In this document: in pieces, positions 9,190 through 18,682 of the stretch
Position numbering within the stretch: position 1 is the stretch's first letter
Layout: each line of letters starts with the position of its first letter
NCBI GenBank assembly: GCA_964514995.1
Contig: CAZETA010000001.1
Coordinates: 15,148 to 79,147 of the forward strand
DNA: 64,000 bases
From: an uncultured Gammaproteobacteria bacterium
GTDB lineage: Bacteria; Patescibacteriota; Patescibacteriia; Magasanikbacterales; GWA2-37-8
Direction of reading: 5' to 3'
The notes under the pieces: model-generated
What the model saw: the letters and a program-made list of their open reading frames with translations, nothing else
Told to the model about the DNA's origin: nothing
Databases searched by the model: none
Made by a program: the position numbers and the translations under genes

Positions 9190-10362
9190 ATGACAGAAGA
9201 AAAAAACCAAAAAGAAGGCCAGGACTTCAAAAGTCTCCTCGCCTCTTATTCTCTTACCATCCCAAAAGTTGGGGATGTAGTAAAGTGTAAAATCATTTCG
9301 ATTGATAAAGGCGAGGTGCATGTTGATATCGAAGGACTTACTGTAGGTGTCGTTCGAGGTCGTGAACTTTTCGCTGAGTCAAAAGAATACATGAACCTAA
9401 AGGTTACTGACGAAGTAGAGGCCACTGTATTAGATTTGGAAAACGAAAACGGCGAGATGGAATTATCATTCCGCATAGCGGGTTATCAGCGCGCTTGGAA
9501 CAATGTTAAGAAATGGATGCAGGATAATGTTACGATCAAGGGCAAGGTATTGGCTGCGAACAAGGGTGGGCTTATGATGCAGGTAGAAGGCCTGGCTGGT
9601 TTTATGCCGGTATCTCAGCTCAATCCTGATCATTATCCACGCGTTATGGGCGGAGATAAGAATCGTATTTTAGAAAAGTTGCGCGAACTTATCAATAAAG
9701 AACTGGAAGTGAAGGTAATTGATGTTAATGAAAAAGAAGAAAAATTAATCGTTTCTGAAAAAGCTGTTTGGGAAGATGCTCAGAAGACGGTGCTTGAGTC
9801 CTATAAAGTGGGCGATACTATCGAAGGTGAAGTGAGCGCGCTTACTTCCTTTGGCGCTTTTGTGAAGTTTGGCCAGGATTTGGAAGGTCTCGTTCATATT
9901 TCTGAGATTGCATGGCAGCGTATTGATCACCCGAAAGATATTTTGAAGGTTGGCGACAAGGTTAAGGCTCAAATTATTCAATTAGACCGTTCAAAGATAT
10001 ATCTTTCCATCAAACGCTTAGTAGAGGATCCATGGAAGACTGTGAAAGATAAATATAAGGTTGGCGACAAAGTGAATGGAAAGATTTTGAAGATTGAAGC
10101 GTTTGGCCTTATGGTTGCGCTCGATAAAGATATTCATGGTCTAGCCCATATCTCCGAATTGGCTGATGAAGGTATCAGTAATATCAATGAAAAGTTTAAG
10201 CTTGGCCAGGTAACTGAATTTGAGATTGTTTCTCTGGAACCGCCGGAGCACCGTCTCGGATTACGACTCTTCGGGGTCAAAGGCAAGAAGAAAGCGGCAG
10301 CTGTCGCAATGGAAGCCAAAGAAGATAAGAAAGCCGAAGAAAAAGCCAATACAGCAGAATAA
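9190..10362 (+). CDS. rpsA: 30S ribosomal protein S1 (four S1 domains).
   Basis: Repeated S1-domain motifs (G..V.G.V..L...GAFV.....EGL.HISE.A) and an acidic/Lys-rich tail. Confidence 0.85.
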   Translation: MTEEKNQKEGQDFKSLLASYSLTIPKVGDVVKCKIISIDKGEVHVDIEGLTVGVVRGRELFAESKEYMNLKVTDEVEATVLDLENENGEMELSFRIAGYQRAWNNVKKWMQDNVTIKGKVLAANKGGLMMQVEGLAGFMPVSQLNPDHYPRVMGGDKNRILEKLRELINKELEVKVIDVNEKEEKLIVSEKAVWEDAQKTVLESYKVGDTIEGEVSALTSFGAFVKFGQDLEGLVHISEIAWQRIDHPKDILKVGDKVKAQIIQLDRSKIYLSIKRLVEDPWKTVKDKYKVGDKVNGKILKIEAFGLMVALDKDIHGLAHISELADEGISNINEKFKLGQVTEFEIVSLEPPEHRLGLRLFGVKGKKKAAAVAMEAKEDKKAEEKANTAE

Positions 10363-10368
10363 GTATCC

Positions 10369-10396
10369 AAGCCCCCCGCAGTTGCGAGGGGCTTTG
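10369..10396 (+). terminator. Rho-independent terminator after rpsA.
   Basis: aagcccc ccgcagttgcga ggggctt followed by a T-run. Confidence 0.6.
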
Positions 10397-10468
10397 TATA
10401 TAGCTTGCTTTTATATCGAAAAATTGCTAATATTTACTGATATAATTCAGGTTTATTATTGAATATAT

Positions 10469-12304
10469 ATGAGAAATCTTTTAAAAAACTTTGCCATTAT
10501 TTTTGTGTCATTGTTGGTGGTAGGCGCAGTTTGGGGGTATGTCAAATCTGAAAAAAGTAAAAGTCCGGAAGTGGTCTCTATCAGCAAGATGGTTGAAGAG
10601 ATTAAAGCCGGCCAGGTGAAAACGGTAACAGTCAAAGGGAATGTCTTGAATATAGCGCTCAAGGATGAAAATGCTCGATCGCAGCAAGTGACTAAAGAGC
10701 CGAATGCAACCTTTGACGAATTGGCTAAGAATTACGGCATCAGCCCAGAACAGCTGACTGTGTTGGGGGTGGAAGTAAAAGACGATACCTCTTGGAAATT
10801 CTGGGTTGGCAATCTGTTACCTATATTATTACCCCTTATTATTTTTATCTTATTTTTCTATTTCATGACTCGCGGCGTGCAAGGCATGAACAATAAAGCT
10901 ATGGGTTTTGGACAGAGTAACCCGCGGCAAGTAAATCCGGATGATAAAAACAAAAAAACATTTATTGATGTGGCCGGAGCTAAGGAAGCGAAACAAGAAC
11001 TGGTTGAGATTGTCGATTTCCTCAAAGATCCAAAGAAGTTTACCGATATGGGCGCCAAGATTCCTAAAGGCGTATTATTGGTCGGTGGTCCTGGTACCGG
11101 GAAAACATTACTTGCTAAAGCCGTAGCTGGAGAGGCGAATGTACCATTTTTTAACATGTCTGGTTCTGAGTTTGTAGAGATGTTTGTAGGTGTTGGCGCT
11201 TCCAGAGTTCGGGATCTTTTCAATAAAGCAAAGAAGGATGCTCCCGCTATTGTGTTTATCGATGAGATAGACGCAGTCGGACGGCGTCGCGGTGCCGGAC
11301 TTGGCGGCGGACATGACGAGCGCGAGCAGACACTCAATCAGATTTTGGTGGAAATGGATGGTTTTGATCCGAACCTGGGCGTGATTGTGATAGCTGCGAC
11401 GAATCGCCCCGATGTCCTTGATCCGGCTTTGCTTCGTCCGGGTCGTTTTGATCGCCGTGTGACGCTTGATTTGCCTGATATTGCAGACCGAGAAGAAATT
11501 CTTGGTATCCACGCTAAAAATAAACCCCTAGAAGAAAATGTTTCTCTTCGTAAGGTTGCAGAACGAACTCCGGGGTTTTCCGGTGCTGATTTGGCGAACT
11601 TGTTAAACGAAGCTGCTATCCTCACTGTTCGTCGCGGTAAGAAGAAAGTCGGTGAAATAGAAATTTTAGAAAGCATTGAAAAGGTTTTGCTTGGTCCGGA
11701 GAGAAAAAATAGAATTATTAGCGATCAAGAAAAGAAGATGACTGCCTATCATGAGGCAGGCCACGCTATTGTCGGTCACTATCTGGCTCATGGAGATCCG
11801 GTGCGTAAAGTCTCTGTTATTTCTCGCGGTCAGGCTGGCGGGTATACGCTCAAAATGCCAACCGAAGATAAGCATTATCATACACTGGCTGAGTTCAGAG
11901 ATGAGCTTGCTATGATGATGGGTGGCTATGTCGTAGAAAAAATGATTTTTGGCGACCACATGCTTTCCACCGGACCTTCTTCAGATATTAGTAAAGCCAC
12001 CAAAGTAGCTCGCGATATGGTGGCTCGGTACGGTATGAGCAGTATTGGACCGCGTACGTTTGGTGAACCTCAAGAAGCGGTATTTTTAGGAGGCAGGGAT
12101 ATGGCAGACCAGCGAGATTATAGCGAGAAGACTGCTGAAGCGATAGACGCCGCAGTCGCCAGCTTCTTAGCTGAAGCTGAAAAAAGAGCTCAGGAAGTTC
12201 TGCAGGCTCATCGTCCGCAGATGGAAGAAATGGTGAAAGAGTTGATGGAGAAAGAAACTATTGAGCAAGAAGATGTAGACCGGATTTTAGGACCGAGGGT
12301 CTAA
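10469..12304 (+). CDS. ftsH: ATP-dependent zinc metalloprotease FtsH.
   Basis: N-terminal TM, Walker A GPPGTGKT, SRH motif, [10 protein letters not shown] zinc site. Confidence 0.9.
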   Translation: MRNLLKNFAIIFVSLLVVGAVWGYVKSEKSKSPEVVSISKMVEEIKAGQVKTVTVKGNVLNIALKDENARSQQVTKEPNATFDELAKNYGISPEQLTVLGVEVKDDTSWKFWVGNLLPILLPLIIFILFFYFMTRGVQGMNNKAMGFGQSNPRQVNPDDKNKKTFIDVAGAKEAKQELVEIVDFLKDPKKFTDMGAKIPKGVLLVGGPGTGKTLLAKAVAGEANVPFFNMSGSEFVEMFVGVGASRVRDLFNKAKKDAPAIVFIDEIDAVGRRRGAGLGGGHDEREQTLNQILVEMDGFDPNLGVIVIAATNRPDVLDPALLRPGRFDRRVTLDLPDIADREEILGIHAKNKPLEENVSLRKVAERTPGFSGADLANLLNEAAILTVRRGKKKVGEIEILESIEKVLLGPERKNRIISDQEKKMTAYHEAGHAIVGHYLAHGDPVRKVSVISRGQAGGYTLKMPTEDKHYHTLAEFRDELAMMMGGYVVEKMIFGDHMLSTGPSSDISKATKVARDMVARYGMSSIGPRTFGEPQEAVFLGGRDMADQRDYSEKTAEAIDAAVASFLAEAEKRAQEVLQAHRPQMEEMVKELMEKETIEQEDVDRILGPRV

Positions 12305-12317
12305 CAACTGTTTACAA

Positions 12318-12346
12318 AAGCTCCCCGATAGGGGAGCTTTTTGTTT
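12318..12346 (+). terminator. Rho-independent terminator after ftsH.
   Basis: aaagctcccc gata ggggagcttt then ttt. Confidence 0.65.
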
Positions 12347-12453
12347 GCGGCTAAGGTATGATATAATATCTTAGAATTTAAGAGTTGTAACGCTGTCTTG
12401 TAATATGCAGCAATGTCAAATGTTTAAGTTTTAAATCACCAGCCTTATTTTCT

Positions 12454-13422
12454 ATGAAAGAGCCAACCTACCGTCAAACACTTGTCCATGCCTGGGGAGC
12501 GGTGTGGCACAATAAGATATTGTGGATTCTCGGATTATTGTCTGTATTTTTGGGCCAACTGGGCTTTAGTAATATTTTTGGCAAAGTGTGGTCAATGCTT
12601 GATGCTTCAGATTTAGCTACTGAAAACATACATTTGCTATCATCCTTTAACGTCAGTATTCCTGTTGATGTGCCTAATATCCTGGGTATAGTTTGGCTTG
12701 CTATTATTTGTATTTCTATAGCAGTTCTAGTTGTTTTTTTAGCCACTACTTCTCAGGGCGCTTTAATTTCCTATGCAGCTGATTGGTTTAAAACTCGCAA
12801 GCATAAAGAGCTCGATAAATCATGGCATAATGGCGTTAAACATTTTTGGGTTATTTTACTTGTAAATGTCGTGCGGCAGTCAATTTTATTTGGACTGTTG
12901 CCTGTTTTTATATTTATCGCCGGTCGCTTTTTTGCCTCACAGTCATGGTTGCAAGGATTATTGTTCGCAATCGTCTTGGTTTTGCTGATGCTGGTATCCT
13001 TATTTCTTTCTGTGTTTTCGATATATGTTCTTTGTTATGTTTTACTGGACGGCAAAGGTCTGGCGAGATCGCTTAAAAAAGCCTGGTCATTGTTGTCCGG
13101 TCACGTTTTGGTTTCTTTAGAAGTGGGAGCGGTGCTTGTGGCGTTAAATTTATTATTAGTAGCGGTAATAATCGGCGGATCGTTTTTCGCTTTTTTGCCC
13201 TCTGCTTTTATTTGGGTTGCGGCAGGAATAACAAACTCTATGTCGTTGGCTGTGGTAGGGCTAATTTTTGGAGTATTTCTGGGATTATTGTTTATTGTCT
13301 TGGCAGCAGGATTATTTAATGCATACACGACAAGCGCTTGGGTTTTTTTATTTATAAAAATGCATAAAGAGGGGATATCCAGTCGTATGATTCACTGGGT
13401 AAAATATATGTTCGGCAGATAA
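12454..13422 (+). CDS. Polytopic integral membrane protein of unknown function.
   Basis: At least 6 hydrophobic helices. Lies 7 nt upstream of the PilB-type ATPase gene. Confidence 0.5.
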   Translation: MKEPTYRQTLVHAWGAVWHNKILWILGLLSVFLGQLGFSNIFGKVWSMLDASDLATENIHLLSSFNVSIPVDVPNILGIVWLAIICISIAVLVVFLATTSQGALISYAADWFKTRKHKELDKSWHNGVKHFWVILLVNVVRQSILFGLLPVFIFIAGRFFASQSWLQGLLFAIVLVLLMLVSLFLSVFSIYVLCYVLLDGKGLARSLKKAWSLLSGHVLVSLEVGAVLVALNLLLVAVIIGGSFFAFLPSAFIWVAAGITNSMSLAVVGLIFGVFLGLLFIVLAAGLFNAYTTSAWVFLFIKMHKEGISSRMIHWVKYMFGR

Positions 13423-13428
13423 TCTATC

Positions 13429-15165
13429 TTGGATATGAGCGATTTTCCTTCTATTAACAATTTGCTGAATAAATCCGGTAAAAAATCCGGCAGCAATAAC
13501 ATCACTGTCTCAGCGCCTGATGATACAGCAGAAGAGAAGTTTGATAAAAAGATTCTGGCCATGGATCTGAAGAATAAAGAAGAGCTCGCTGCCAAACAGG
13601 CGGCTTCTTTGGGTGTACCATATATCGATCTCAGCAAATTTCCAGTTGCAGCCGAAGCATTAAAAATTATCCCGCCCAAGCAAGCAGCCGAAGAGCGGGT
13701 GGTTTGTTTTTTTAACATGCCCGGAGAACTGCGGCTCGGTTGTGTCGACCTTACTGATCGCATCCAGGAAGTTGCCTATCAATTAGGTGAAAGACATCAC
13801 GCAACTACGCGGATATATCTGATTTCCCAGTACAGTTTCGATAAAGTTGTGAAACTGTATACGACATTGCCTTCAGTGAAGCCTGTTAATAAGGATATCA
13901 ATATTACTGACGAAGAGTTGGAAAAATTTAAGTCAGGCGTAGTTGATTTTAGGGGTTTAGAGCAGCAGTTTTTAGACGTTTCTATCAGTGATATTTTGAC
14001 ATTAATGATTGCTGCGGCTTTAAAGATGGAATCGTCTGATGTGCATATTGAAGCAGAAGAAAATGGCATCATGGTTCGTTATCGAATTGATGGTATTTTG
14101 CATGATGTGGCCACGTTGCCTAAGGAGCAATGGAAAAAATTTGTTTCTCGCATCAAGTTATTGGCCGCTCTAAAAATAAATGTCGACGATCGTCCGCAAG
14201 ATGGTCGAGTTACGATTCGACTATCTTCAGGAGGTCTTGACGTCCGCGTCTCGACCATGCCGACTATTTATGGAGAGAGTGTCGTGATGAGAATTTTACA
14301 TAGCGGCAACAAGGGAGTGACTTTTGACGAGCTAGGATTGCGCGGTGATGCATATATTAAATTAAAAAAAGAAGTGGAACGTCCAAACGGCATGATTATT
14401 ACGACCGGTCCGACCGGTTCAGGGAAAACCACAACCATGTATGCAATTTTAAATACTTTGAATAAGCCCGGGGTAAAGATTATTACTTTGGAAGATCCGG
14501 TAGAAATCAAAATTGATGGTATCAATCAAAGCCAAGTTGATGTCAGTCGTGAGTATACCTTTGCCAAAGGTTTGCGCAGTCTCCTGCGCCAGGATCCAGA
14601 TATTTGTTTGGTTGGTGAAATCCGTGATTTAGAAACTGCCGAAATAGCCATTCAGGCAGCCTTAACCGGTCATTTAATGCTATCCACTATTCATACTAAT
14701 AGCGCCTCGGGTACGATTCCACGATTTTTGTCTATGGGTGTAAAGCCTTTTTTGTTGGCACCTTCGCTTAATTCTGTCATTGGTCAGCGGTTGGTGCGTA
14801 AAATATGCGAATATTGCCAGGTTGAGGACGAGCTGAGTTCTGAACAGAAAGAGAAAGTTCTGCAGAATTTAGAAACATTGCCACAAAAGGAGAAGGACTT
14901 GGTTGATTTTAAAAAATTGATTTTTTATAAGGGTGAGGGGTGTAAAGAATGTAGCGGGTTAGGGTATAAAGGGAGGATCGGAATTTATGAGATTTTTATC
15001 ATGAATAAGGAATTGGAGCAAATTATTTTAGGGCCTCAAATTTCTGAGTATGTCGTTCAGGATTGGGCTACTAAAAATGGTATGGTGACGATGGTTCAGG
15101 ATGGCCTCCTTAAAGCTTTGGATAAAATTACGACAGTGGAAGAGGTGTTTAGAGTTATTGAGTAG
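13429..15165 (+). CDS. pilB: Type II/IV secretion ATPase of the PilB/GspE/ComGA family.
   Basis: Walker A GPTGSGKTTT, Asp and His boxes, tetra-Cys motif CEYC...CKEC. No pilC/pilM/pilin genes adjacent. Confidence 0.8.
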   Translation: MDMSDFPSINNLLNKSGKKSGSNNITVSAPDDTAEEKFDKKILAMDLKNKEELAAKQAASLGVPYIDLSKFPVAAEALKIIPPKQAAEERVVCFFNMPGELRLGCVDLTDRIQEVAYQLGERHHATTRIYLISQYSFDKVVKLYTTLPSVKPVNKDINITDEELEKFKSGVVDFRGLEQQFLDVSISDILTLMIAAALKMESSDVHIEAEENGIMVRYRIDGILHDVATLPKEQWKKFVSRIKLLAALKINVDDRPQDGRVTIRLSSGGLDVRVSTMPTIYGESVVMRILHSGNKGVTFDELGLRGDAYIKLKKEVERPNGMIITTGPTGSGKTTTMYAILNTLNKPGVKIITLEDPVEIKIDGINQSQVDVSREYTFAKGLRSLLRQDPDICLVGEIRDLETAEIAIQAALTGHLMLSTIHTNSASGTIPRFLSMGVKPFLLAPSLNSVIGQRLVRKICEYCQVEDELSSEQKEKVLQNLETLPQKEKDLVDFKKLIFYKGEGCKECSGLGYKGRIGIYEIFIMNKELEQIILGPQISEYVVQDWATKNGMVTMVQDGLLKALDKITTVEEVFRVIE

Positions 15166-15241
15166 GGATATTCTATGTCGTCAGAAGAGCTATTAAAATT
15201 AGCTCTTCTTTGTTATAATTTGTCTAAATTAAGTTACCAAT

Positions 15242-17329
15242 ATGGATATACATAGCCCTATTTCCGCTCTCGGTAGTGTTGGCAAAAAGATATCAAAAAA
15301 ACTCGGGGCCGTGGGTCTCAAAACCGTCGCTGATTTGCTGTACTATTTTCCTTTTAGGTACGAAGATTATCGACTCGTAGTGCCTGTAAAACAGATGCAA
15401 GACGGCAATCTGGTAACAATCCGTGTGCAAGTAGAGTTGATAGCCAATAAACGCAGTTTCAAAAGTAAAAAAATGATTACCGAGGCTCTGGTGTCTGACG
15501 CGAGCGGCAGTGTCAGGGTGGTCTGGTTCAACCAACCCTTTATCATTAAAAATATAAAAATCGGCGATGTTATCTATCTGTCCGGTAAAGTTAAATCTGA
15601 TATGTTGGGGCCGCAGCTGGTTAGTCCCGCCTATGAAAAATATAAAAAAGAAACTGCTCATACAGCTCGACTCGTGCCAATTTATCCATTAACCCGTACG
15701 GTAACGCAAAAACAAGTTCGTTTTCTGATGGCTCAGGCTATGCCGCTCGCCATCTCGATGCCTGATTGGCTGCCGCCAGAAATTCTGGAAGCCGCAGATT
15801 TGCAGCCGCTGTCTGCAGCTCTACAAGGTATTCACTTTCCCGCCGATGATGCAAATGTGAAATTGAGCCAAGACCGGCTGAAGTTTGATGAACTGTTTTT
15901 AGTCCAACTGAAAGCCGAGCTGGCTAAACAGGGCAGGAGGGATTTTAAAGCCCCAATCCTTATCTTCCAAGAGGAGAAAGTAAAATCTTTTGTCAGTTCC
16001 CTGCCGTTTACGCTCACTAAATCACAAAAAATTTCAGCCTGGGAAATCCTCAAAGATATTAGTCAACCAGTGCCTATGAATCGCTTAGTTTCCGGGGATG
16101 TGGGTTCTGGCAAAACAGTCGTGGCTGCAATTAGTATGTATAATAGTTTTGTAAATAATTCACAATCTGTGTTAATGGCGCCTACAGAAATTTTAGCCTT
16201 TCAACACTACCAGTCATTATCCCGCTTATTTATCGGGCGAGGAATTACCGTCGGACTTTTGACGAGAAGCCAAATACAGACTTCTCAAGATGAAAAGATT
16301 GGTAAAAAAGATTTTATAGCCAAAGTACGTACAGGCGAAATACACGTGGTTATAGGCACCCATGCTTTACTTGGTCCGGAAGTGCAATTTAAAAATCTTG
16401 CCTTAGTAATTGTAGATGAGCAGCATCGTTTTGGGGTCGAGCAAAGAAAGTTTATAAAAACGAAAGGTCAAGGCGCGCACTTTTTAAGTATGACCGCCAC
16501 ACCTATCCCAAGATCGCTCGCTTTAATGATTTATGGCGATCTGGATATTTCAATTATCAATGAATTGCCGCCAGGTAGAAAAAAAATAATTACTAAGTTA
16601 GTGGAAGCGTTTAAGCGAGATAGAGCGTATCAATTTATTCGTGAACAAGTAGGACAGGGGAGGCAAGTGTTTGTCGTTTGTCCTTTAATTGAAGCAGAAG
16701 AGGAAAAATTGGAAAGCAGTGGACAAACTATGCTTATTCCAAGCTTGGATGACAAAAAATCGGTCTTAAGTGAGTATAAAAAATTATCCGAGAAAATTTT
16801 TCCTGATTTACGCGTAGGGTTCCTGCATGGCAAGATGAAAGGCGTTGAAAAAGAAACGGTAATGGCAAAATTTAAGTCCGGAGACTTGGATTTGCTAGTT
16901 TCAACATCGGTGATTGAGGTGGGGGTAGATATTCCAAACGCGAGTGTCATGATGATTGAAGGAGCGGAGAGTTTTGGCCTGGCTCAGTTGCATCAGTTCC
17001 GCGGTCGGGTGGGCAGATCTTCACATCAGTCGTATTGTTTACTGTTTACGAATTCAGACAGCAGTAAGTCCCTAGAGCGGTTACAGTTTTTTGAAAAAGA
17101 AAGTGACGGGTTTAAATTAGCGGAAAAAGATCTGGAAGTCCGAGGCCCTGGAGAAGTCTATGGCACGGAGCAAAGCGGCGAGATGGGGTTGCGGTTGGCT
17201 ACAGTTACAGACCGAGAGCTGATTAGGAAGGCTCGAGAAGCTGCGAAGAACGTTGTGCAAAATTTAAAAAAATATCCTCAGCTGCTAGCAAAGATAAAAA
17301 ATTGGAAAAAAGAAACTCATTTAGAGTAA
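15242..17329 (+). CDS. recG: ATP-dependent DNA helicase RecG.
   Basis: Wedge domain, TKSQ motif (LPFTLTKSQK), helicase motifs DEQHRFG and SATPIPR. Confidence 0.85.
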   Translation: MDIHSPISALGSVGKKISKKLGAVGLKTVADLLYYFPFRYEDYRLVVPVKQMQDGNLVTIRVQVELIANKRSFKSKKMITEALVSDASGSVRVVWFNQPFIIKNIKIGDVIYLSGKVKSDMLGPQLVSPAYEKYKKETAHTARLVPIYPLTRTVTQKQVRFLMAQAMPLAISMPDWLPPEILEAADLQPLSAALQGIHFPADDANVKLSQDRLKFDELFLVQLKAELAKQGRRDFKAPILIFQEEKVKSFVSSLPFTLTKSQKISAWEILKDISQPVPMNRLVSGDVGSGKTVVAAISMYNSFVNNSQSVLMAPTEILAFQHYQSLSRLFIGRGITVGLLTRSQIQTSQDEKIGKKDFIAKVRTGEIHVVIGTHALLGPEVQFKNLALVIVDEQHRFGVEQRKFIKTKGQGAHFLSMTATPIPRSLALMIYGDLDISIINELPPGRKKIITKLVEAFKRDRAYQFIREQVGQGRQVFVVCPLIEAEEEKLESSGQTMLIPSLDDKKSVLSEYKKLSEKIFPDLRVGFLHGKMKGVEKETVMAKFKSGDLDLLVSTSVIEVGVDIPNASVMMIEGAESFGLAQLHQFRGRVGRSSHQSYCLLFTNSDSSKSLERLQFFEKESDGFKLAEKDLEVRGPGEVYGTEQSGEMGLRLATVTDRELIRKAREAAKNVVQNLKKYPQLLAKIKNWKKETHLE

Positions 17330-17331
17330 AT

Positions 17332-18681
17332 TTATTTTAAAACTTGCCCCACCAATTCTTTGACATTTTTTACCGGAGCAATTTTTAAATCAGATATTTT
17401 TGATAAATTCATGGCGTGCGGCACTATTGCAAATTTAAAACCCATTTTTTTAATTTCTTGTAATCTTTTTTCGGTTTGAGTTACCGGCCGTATTTCTCCG
17501 CCTAGACCCACTTCGCCAAAGGAAGCGATCTCTTTTGAGATGGTTTTATTTTTTAATGCTGAAGCTAGAGCGAGGATGACTGCGAGATCAGCCGCAGGTT
17601 CGGAGGCTTCTAAGCCACCGACCACGTTTAAAAATATATCGTAGGTATCAAGAGGTAAATCGGCGCGCTTGGCCAGTACGCCTACGAGGAGTTGTAGTCG
17701 ATTGAGATCAAAACCAGACGCTCGCCGTTGCGGGTAGCCAAAATTTGTTTTTGTTACGAGCGCTTGCACCTCTACCATAACCGAACGGCTGCCTTCCATC
17801 AAACAGGTCACCGTAGATCCGGGCACTGGTTCGCCACGTCCGGCCAAAAATACAGCTGAAGGATTTTTCACTTCTTGTAGGCCGTTCTGTTCCATAGCAA
17901 ATACACCGATTTCATCAGTAGCGCCGAAACGGTTTTTGGTAGTTCGTAAAATTCTAAAGAGGTGGTATTTATCACCTTCGAGGTAGAGGACTGCATCTAC
18001 CAGGTGCTCTAAGGTTTTTGGGCCGGCTACGGCACCATCTTTTGTCACTTGGCCGATGAGGACAATCGTTTTACCGCTTGTTTTCGCAGCTTCTAAGAGT
18101 TTAGTGGTACAGGCCTTAATCTGGGTGATAGTACCCGCCTCACCCTCAACCTCGGAGGTCTGGATAGTCTGAATAGAGTCTACCACCGCCAGTTTGCAAT
18201 CAGTATTTACCTTGATGGTTTCTATGATTTGTTCTACGTTGGTAGCGTTGCCTAATTTGAGAGCGCCAGCCGTAATTGCTAAGCGCTCCGCCCGTAATTT
18301 TATTTGTTCTACCGACTCTTCGCCGGAAATATATACGCAGTGGGGGAGGGTTGTTGCTAGCTGCAGGGCTAGGGTAGATTTACCGATCCCGGGTTCACCG
18401 CCCAATAAAATAAGAGATCCGGGTACTAGTCCGCCTCCCAAAACCCTGTCTAGTTCACCAATGTTTGTTTTAACGCGTGCGAATTTTTTATTATCTATAC
18501 TATTGAGATCTGTCAATTGCACAGAACCGTAAGCTGTTGTTTTTTGTCTTTTGTCTCTTTCTTCGTTTATGCCTTGTGCCTCAATCAGGGTGCCCCATTT
18601 TCCACACTCCAAACATCGGCCAGTCCATTTGGCGTATTGGGCATCACAGTTGCCGCAGACGAAGGAAGAATGTTTTGGCAT
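17332..18681 (-). CDS. radA: DNA repair protein RadA/Sms.
   Basis: N-terminal C4 zinc finger (CGNCDAQYAKWTGRCLECGKWGT), RecA-like Walker A GEPGIGKST, KNRFG motif, Lon-like C-terminal domain. Confidence 0.9.
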   Translation of the reverse strand: MPKHSSFVCGNCDAQYAKWTGRCLECGKWGTLIEAQGINEERDKRQKTTAYGSVQLTDLNSIDNKKFARVKTNIGELDRVLGGGLVPGSLILLGGEPGIGKSTLALQLATTLPHCVYISGEESVEQIKLRAERLAITAGALKLGNATNVEQIIETIKVNTDCKLAVVDSIQTIQTSEVEGEAGTITQIKACTTKLLEAAKTSGKTIVLIGQVTKDGAVAGPKTLEHLVDAVLYLEGDKYHLFRILRTTKNRFGATDEIGVFAMEQNGLQEVKNPSAVFLAGRGEPVPGSTVTCLMEGSRSVMVEVQALVTKTNFGYPQRRASGFDLNRLQLLVGVLAKRADLPLDTYDIFLNVVGGLEASEPAADLAVILALASALKNKTISKEIASFGEVGLGGEIRPVTQTEKRLQEIKKMGFKFAIVPHAMNLSKISDLKIAPVKNVKELVGQVLK

Positions 18682-18682
18682 A

